Source: Polyangiaceae bacterium (GTDB taxonomy: Bacteria > Myxococcota_A > Polyangia > Polyangiales > Polyangiaceae). Taken from it: a DNA stretch of 64,000 nt. The notes beneath the pieces were generated by a model, which made no database searches, had not been told where the DNA came from, and saw only the letters and a program-made list of their open reading frames with translations. The position numbers and the translations under genes were made by a program. Every line of letters starts with the position of its first letter. Position 1 is the stretch's first letter. Shown piece by piece: positions 59,206 to 64,000 of the stretch. The stretch spans positions 1 through 64,000 of the forward strand of contig JBNKBE010000020.1 of assembly GCA_050287085.1 (NCBI GenBank), in the 5' to 3' direction.

Positions 59206-60768
59206 CTAGACGCCGCCCCAAACTCCGTCGACGGGAGCGGCGCCGTTCTTGTTGAACACCTCGTCCTGCAACTTGGACAGCGGATCCGCCCCCAGGAAGG
59301 GCTGCGCCGCCGTCAGCCAAATACTGTTGTGATGCCCATCGACTCGCTGGAAACCGCCGGGCTTCATCCCCAGCTTGGAGCCGCCAATGATGAGGGCCGA
59401 AGCGCCGTTGCGGTCGTGAGAGGGGTTGCCCACCTCGCTGACCATCGTGATGACGGTGCGATCCAACAAGCTCGCGCCGTCAGTCGCTAGCGGATCGGGC
59501 GTGGAGAGGAAGTCGTTAACGAACTTCGCCGTGTTTTCGAAGTACCAACGCTGAACGCTGACCATCGCATCCCAGATGTAGGCATTGTTGCCAGGACGCG
59601 CACCCTGATAGAAAGACGAGTCCAGGTTGCGGTGGCTGAGTGGGTGATGCATCCAGATGCGGTTCGGATCGTTCGGATCTGCACCCTTGAACGATACGTG
59701 ATTGGTACCGGGTGACCATTCGAAAGTGCCGACGCGGATGATGTCACACGCCATCGCCGAACGGATGATGCTCGCGTGAGCGGCGCCCACCTCCGCGTGC
59801 AGCGGAGCGTCGTCGGCACGAGCCTCAGGGTTACGGTAGTCACTGTTCGCATCCGAGTTGGCGCCCGTCAGGTTCGACTGCGGCAGCAAGGGCGCTTCAC
59901 ATACCGCGGCTTCCGGCGGGTTGTTGATCTGCTCCGAAAGCTGCATCTCCAACTTGCGAATTACGTCCGCATGAGCGTCGATCTTGGAGCGCTCGTTGGC
60001 CGGAGCCAGCGCCGACAGACGAGCCAGTTCACGCTGCGAATGGTCCAGCACGCTCTTGCGTTGCTTGAGCAAGCGCAACGCGTCCACGTCCGTCATCGCC
60101 CCTCCCGCCTGGAAGTCGCTGAACAAGTCGTTGTAAGCCGTTACGGGACTCAACGTCGGGCGCAGCGGCTCGTTCTCCATGATCTGCCCACCGGGCACCG
60201 CCGCCTGAATCGACTGCTTGCGGTAGCCGTAGGATAGGCAACGCGTGGACGTCTCGTAGGAGTCGACGCGCGAGTCGCAGATGACGTTGTAGTAGTCACG
60301 ACCGCCGCTCTTGAGATCCTCGACGTGGTTGAGGAGGATCTGATCCCAAGAGGGGCCACCCGCGCAGCCATCGTCGGTTTCACCACCGTTGGCACGCGTT
60401 CCAGGACCGTTGGCGCCGGTCGTCGAAAACGGGGTTCCGGCTTCGTGAGCGCCGCCACCAGGACATTGCATGCCATTCATGTTGAAGCCCAACATGATGT
60501 GGGTGTGGGGCTTCAGCTCCGGCGTAGCAAAAGGAGCAATGATGTAGCCCGCGCCGCCGTGGGTATCCGATACGGTGTAGTCAGCCCCGGTACCGGTTGG
60601 AACGAAGGCTTGTTGGATCGACCCACAGGGCCAACTGACCATCAGAAAACGCGGCGGCGAACCCGCGCCCTGGGCGGAGGCCTCCATATTGCGAAGGATA
60701 GCACCGTAACCAACGGCTCCGCCGACGGCGGCGAGAAATGAGCGTCGCGCAACTCGATAAGACTTCAT
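59206..60768 (-). CDS. DUF1552-type Tat-exported protein
   Basis: VARRSFLAAVGG signal, GAHEAG, SWDQIL, KSVLD, CDIIRV, HHPLSH, SLLDRT. Confidence 0.85.
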   Translation of the reverse strand: MKSYRVARRSFLAAVGGAVGYGAILRNMEASAQGAGSPPRFLMVSWPCGSIQQAFVPTGTGADYTVSDTHGGAGYIIAPFATPELKPHTHIMLGFNMNGMQCPGGGAHEAGTPFSTTGANGPGTRANGGETDDGCAGGPSWDQILLNHVEDLKSGGRDYYNVICDSRVDSYETSTRCLSYGYRKQSIQAAVPGGQIMENEPLRPTLSPVTAYNDLFSDFQAGGAMTDVDALRLLKQRKSVLDHSQRELARLSALAPANERSKIDAHADVIRKLEMQLSEQINNPPEAAVCEAPLLPQSNLTGANSDANSDYRNPEARADDAPLHAEVGAAHASIIRSAMACDIIRVGTFEWSPGTNHVSFKGADPNDPNRIWMHHPLSHRNLDSSFYQGARPGNNAYIWDAMVSVQRWYFENTAKFVNDFLSTPDPLATDGASLLDRTVITMVSEVGNPSHDRNGASALIIGGSKLGMKPGGFQRVDGHHNSIWLTAAQPFLGADPLSKLQDEVFNKNGAAPVDGVWGGV

Positions 60769-60773
60769 GGTTT

Positions 60774-62651
60774 TCAATTTCCTGGCGTGCGGATGGAAAG
60801 GGTATCCGAGGCAACAATCTCGGCAACAAGAGCACTGAAGCTCTTTTCCGGGAGCGCCTCGAAGGCGTTGGTGACCGCGCGAACCGCGCAGCTATTGGTG
60901 GGATGGTCCGGTTGTTCGGCGCGGGCGCTGCCTTGGCCTTCGTCAGCTAGCGCGTAGTTGATGAAGTTCATCGTCATGCACCGGGTGAGCGCGTTCGTCC
61001 CCCACGTGGGCTCCATCCGCAGCAACGCTTCGGCAAACTGCTCGGGTGTGCTCACCGTCGCGCGATCGGGAACCTGATCCCCATCCTGGTCGTAGCTGAA
61101 GGCCGTTGGCAACTTGGCCACCGTCCAGTTGGCGTCGATGGGATTGCCGTCCTTATCCGCGGTGCGATAACGTCCCACCGCATCGTAGTTCTCCAACACC
61201 ATGCCCATCGCGTCGAACTGCCCATGGCAGCCAGCACAGACCGTGCCTCGCATCGGATCCGCACGGAAGTCCGCCTTCTCCTTCTCGGTCCAGCCTTCTT
61301 GATCCGCAATCACACCCAGAATGGCAGGGTCGGTGGGCGGCGGCGGATTTTGGGAGCAAACCAGAGCTGCGTTTAGCGCAAGCCCGCGTCCCACAACCGA
61401 CGTACCGTTGGGACGAGACTTTGACGTGAGGAACGCCGCCAGGGTGAGCAAGCCGGAACGCCCTTCGGGCAGCTCCACCTCGGTAAACGTATTCTGGTCG
61501 TCCGTGGGTGCGTCGATGCCATACACGTCGTTGGCCAGCATGTTGTTTACCCAGCCCCGCCGCGTGGTGATGAGATCCCCGAGCGACCCTTCCCACAACA
61601 CGTGGGAGAGGAACTCCTGAGCTTCTCGATACATCGAGTTCTTCAGGCCGGAAGTCACCTCAAAGCCAGGGGTGGCATCCTCGTCCAGAACGATGCCCGG
61701 AACGGTGGTCAACTGGAAGTAGCCCGTCATAGCCGCTTCTAGATTGGCCTTGGCCTCGGGGGTCGCTAGCAAGCGCATCGCATGAGCTCGCAGTGTGTTC
61801 TTGTCAGACAGCTGCCCCGCGTCCGCCGCAGCTCGAAGCTCAGCATCCGGCGGGCCGTCGGTGAGGAAGTACGAAACCTCGCTAGCGATTTCGTGTTGGC
61901 TCAAGCTGCCCTGAATTTCGAAGCCATCACCGATTTCCGTACGGTACAAGAACCCCGGCGAAAGCAAGACCGCGTCGTAGCCGAATTGAACGGCCTCCGC
62001 GACGCTGCCCCCGTTGGTCTCCGTGAGCTCCGTCCACAGGGTCTGATATGAAGTCTTCTCCTCCTCAGACAAGGGACGTCGGTAAGCCTCCGTGGCAAAC
62101 GACAAGACCTTCTCTAGACCACAACCTGCGTCACACGCAGCTTCACCTTCAAACTCGCTCGCGACCAGCGTCATGGCACCGCGCGCGGCGCGATCCCGCA
62201 GGTCAAACTCGCTTTGGCCGAGGGTGGTACCCAACGTGGCCAGCGGCGGGAATGCGCGCAACGTCGCATCTACAACGTCCTCGCCTGCAAACAACTCGGC
62301 CGCTGCCTCGCCGAAGAGGGCCATGTAGGTATTGACCAACTGGTTGTCGGTCAACTTCACGACACGCTTTTGGGTCGTGACCTGATTGCCCACACACTCC
62401 CCCTCGGGAGGAGGAGGCAACACCATGCCACCACCGTTGCTCGTCCCGGCCGAATTCCCGGCGGCGCCACCGGCTCCGGCCATATCCCCACCGCCACCGG
62501 CTGTTGCGCTTCCAGCGCTGCCCGCCTGCGAACCGGCCATATCGGGGGGGTTGGCGTCGCCAGAACAGGCCGCCAAGGAGCTTGCCCCGAGCACCACGAG
62601 CGCAGCGCTCAGGGGTGTCATGAATCTAAATTTTAGCTGTCGCTTCGTCAT
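60774..62651 (-). CDS. DUF1592/DUF1588-type monoheme c-cytochrome-like lipoprotein
   Basis: SLAAC lipobox, Gly stalk, AYRRPL, SPGFLYRTE, SYFLTDGPPD, SVVGRG, CAGCH. The start could be 62666, 62651 or 62621. Confidence 0.85.
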   Translation of the reverse strand: MTKRQLKFRFMTPLSAALVVLGASSLAACSGDANPPDMAGSQAGSAGSATAGGGGDMAGAGGAAGNSAGTSNGGGMVLPPPPEGECVGNQVTTQKRVVKLTDNQLVNTYMALFGEAAAELFAGEDVVDATLRAFPPLATLGTTLGQSEFDLRDRAARGAMTLVASEFEGEAACDAGCGLEKVLSFATEAYRRPLSEEEKTSYQTLWTELTETNGGSVAEAVQFGYDAVLLSPGFLYRTEIGDGFEIQGSLSQHEIASEVSYFLTDGPPDAELRAAADAGQLSDKNTLRAHAMRLLATPEAKANLEAAMTGYFQLTTVPGIVLDEDATPGFEVTSGLKNSMYREAQEFLSHVLWEGSLGDLITTRRGWVNNMLANDVYGIDAPTDDQNTFTEVELPEGRSGLLTLAAFLTSKSRPNGTSVVGRGLALNAALVCSQNPPPPTDPAILGVIADQEGWTEKEKADFRADPMRGTVCAGCHGQFDAMGMVLENYDAVGRYRTADKDGNPIDANWTVAKLPTAFSYDQDGDQVPDRATVSTPEQFAEALLRMEPTWGTNALTRCMTMNFINYALADEGQGSARAEQPDHPTNSCAVRAVTNAFEALPEKSFSALVAEIVASDTLSIRTPGN

Positions 62652-63049
62652 CGACTTCCTCGCCAAGGAGTTTAGAGCGAGAGCTCGGTTGTCGAGCGCT
62701 CTGGATGGTGCGCAGCGCGTTGGATGCGCCGAACATGCTTCTCAATCGTGATAACTACCCCTTCCGAAGGCAGAAATTCACTGAGTTCTCCACTGACAAG
62801 AGGGCGCTGCTAGCCATGGTGACATTATCCGTCATAGCGACAATTTGAAGAGGGCGATTGTGCGCTATCGTCCAGGAAGGAACCCCCGGACAACGATTTG
62901 AGGACACCACGAGAAACCAGCGTCTGGACTCCGGGCGGCAAAGAACAGGGTCCGCGCGCGCAGCTCGTCCGCGGTATCCACCCGGGCTGGGCAATTTCGA
63001 CGGGGCAGGTTCGCGGGTACACAGCTCGTCCGCCCAATGCCCGTCGCCC

Positions 63050-64000
63050 TCAGACGTTCCCGGAAATTCCTGCGCGGTGGACGCCACCCGCGATCGCCTC
63101 GGCGAGGGCGTGGGTCACAGATAGGCTCCCAAGGTCCAACTCTAGCAGCAGGTGACCTATCGGCTCGCCGCACCACGTCAACGCCTGCACCGTGTAGGAG
63201 CGGCCGTCATGGCCCCCTGCGGTGGCCAGCTCTTTGGGAAGCAACTCGCGGCGTGAGAAGGTCTTGCCGTGAAATGCACTCAGATCCGCCTCCGCGTCGA
63301 ACGCGCAGAGTAGCCGTGCCGCTTCGTCCTCCGCCGCCGCGTAGAGCGCGACGAAGGCGCCTTTGATACCCAAGACCGGCAGGTGCTCACGAAAAGCGCC
63401 TTGAAGCTCGCCAAGGTCCGTCGCACAGGAAAAGCGATTGCAGATGGTGGCCACGCTCCGATTCCAGCGCAGCAGGTCGATGCGATCGTTCTGGAGCGCC
63501 CGCTGTGACATCTCGAACAACATCGTACGCGCCACGTGCATCAACGCTTCCAGACGATCCCGCTCCGTCCGACTGTCCTCTCCGAATAGCGGTACGAGCT
63601 GGTGGCGGAGAACCCGAACGACCTCGTCCAGCCGTTTGAGCTCAGTGGTACCCGGCAGTACTCGCTCCGCAATGGCCTGAACGGTCTGCAAGAAGGCGCC
63701 GCCATCGCTCTGCTGCAAAGCGTCTACGACCGCGGCAAAGAGCCGCTGCTCCCAACCGCGCCCAGCCGCCCCCAGTGTGCCTTGCGAGCGCCGTGTTAAC
63801 TCCAACTGAATGCGCTCGCGATTGATCAGCAACCCCCCGCCGAGACGGCCGAAGCTGGGCGCGCGAATCGAGTGCTGGTCCGCCGTGAAGCCGCTGCATC
63901 CGCAGGAGCGACGAACCACCAGCTCGACCTCCAGCACCTGGTTTTGTGGCTGGCTGCGGTGTTGAACCTGGGCGAGAACCAGTCGCATGGCTTCCTGCCC
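63050..64000 (-). CDS. C-terminal part of a LacI-type sugar-binding-domain signalling protein, partial
   Basis: The frame is open to the right edge. GQEAMRLVL...ELVVRRSCGC matches the end of a LacI/periplasmic-binding-type domain and is followed by helical and GAF-like segments. Confidence 0.65.
   Translation of the reverse strand, partial: GQEAMRLVLAQVQHRSQPQNQVLEVELVVRRSCGCSGFTADQHSIRAPSFGRLGGGLLINRERIQLELTRRSQGTLGAAGRGWEQRLFAAVVDALQQSDGGAFLQTVQAIAERVLPGTTELKRLDEVVRVLRHQLVPLFGEDSRTERDRLEALMHVARTMLFEMSQRALQNDRIDLLRWNRSVATICNRFSCATDLGELQGAFREHLPVLGIKGAFVALYAAAEDEAARLLCAFDAEADLSAFHGKTFSRRELLPKELATAGGHDGRSYTVQALTWCGEPIGHLLLELDLGSLSVTHALAEAIAGGVHRAGISGNV

Overview
GC-rich bacterial chromosome window, very probably from Myxococcota (Polyangiales/Sorangium-like). 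The evidence is a MYXO-CTERM-type sorting tail, a long deltaproteobacterial S41 protease, a Hanks-type kinase and many Gly-rich-stalk lipoproteins. Housekeeping genes (nadC, birA, nnr, mlaF/mlaD, argC, recJ, yajC-secD-secF, tRNA-Val(GAC), infC, tRNA-Ala(GGC)) are interleaved with accessory envelope modules. The main accessory modules are: (1) a minus-strand run at 1-9608 of a putative beta-barrel, an ECF sigma, a TM/TPR anti-sigma-like protein, a nucleoside-hydrolase-fold lipoprotein and two tandem CxxCH-lipoprotein (DUF1592-type)/Tat-protein (DUF1552-type) pairs, with a third pair at 59.2-62.7 kb behind a LacI-type sensor; (2) a YqiJ-like / flotillin / 1742-aa AAA+ ATPase / Cys-rich GDCCVxC operon at 50.6-59.2 kb with no pspA. 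Smaller oddities are an IF3 with a 56-residue poly-Asp tail, a heme-motif lipoprotein with 27 uninterrupted Met-rich Gly-X-Y triplets, a degenerate GGDEF regulator, a deleted esterase pseudogene and a mosaic family of short intergenic repeats. I saw no CRISPR array, rRNA, integrase or transposase. All family assignments come from motif recognition by eye, not database searches.
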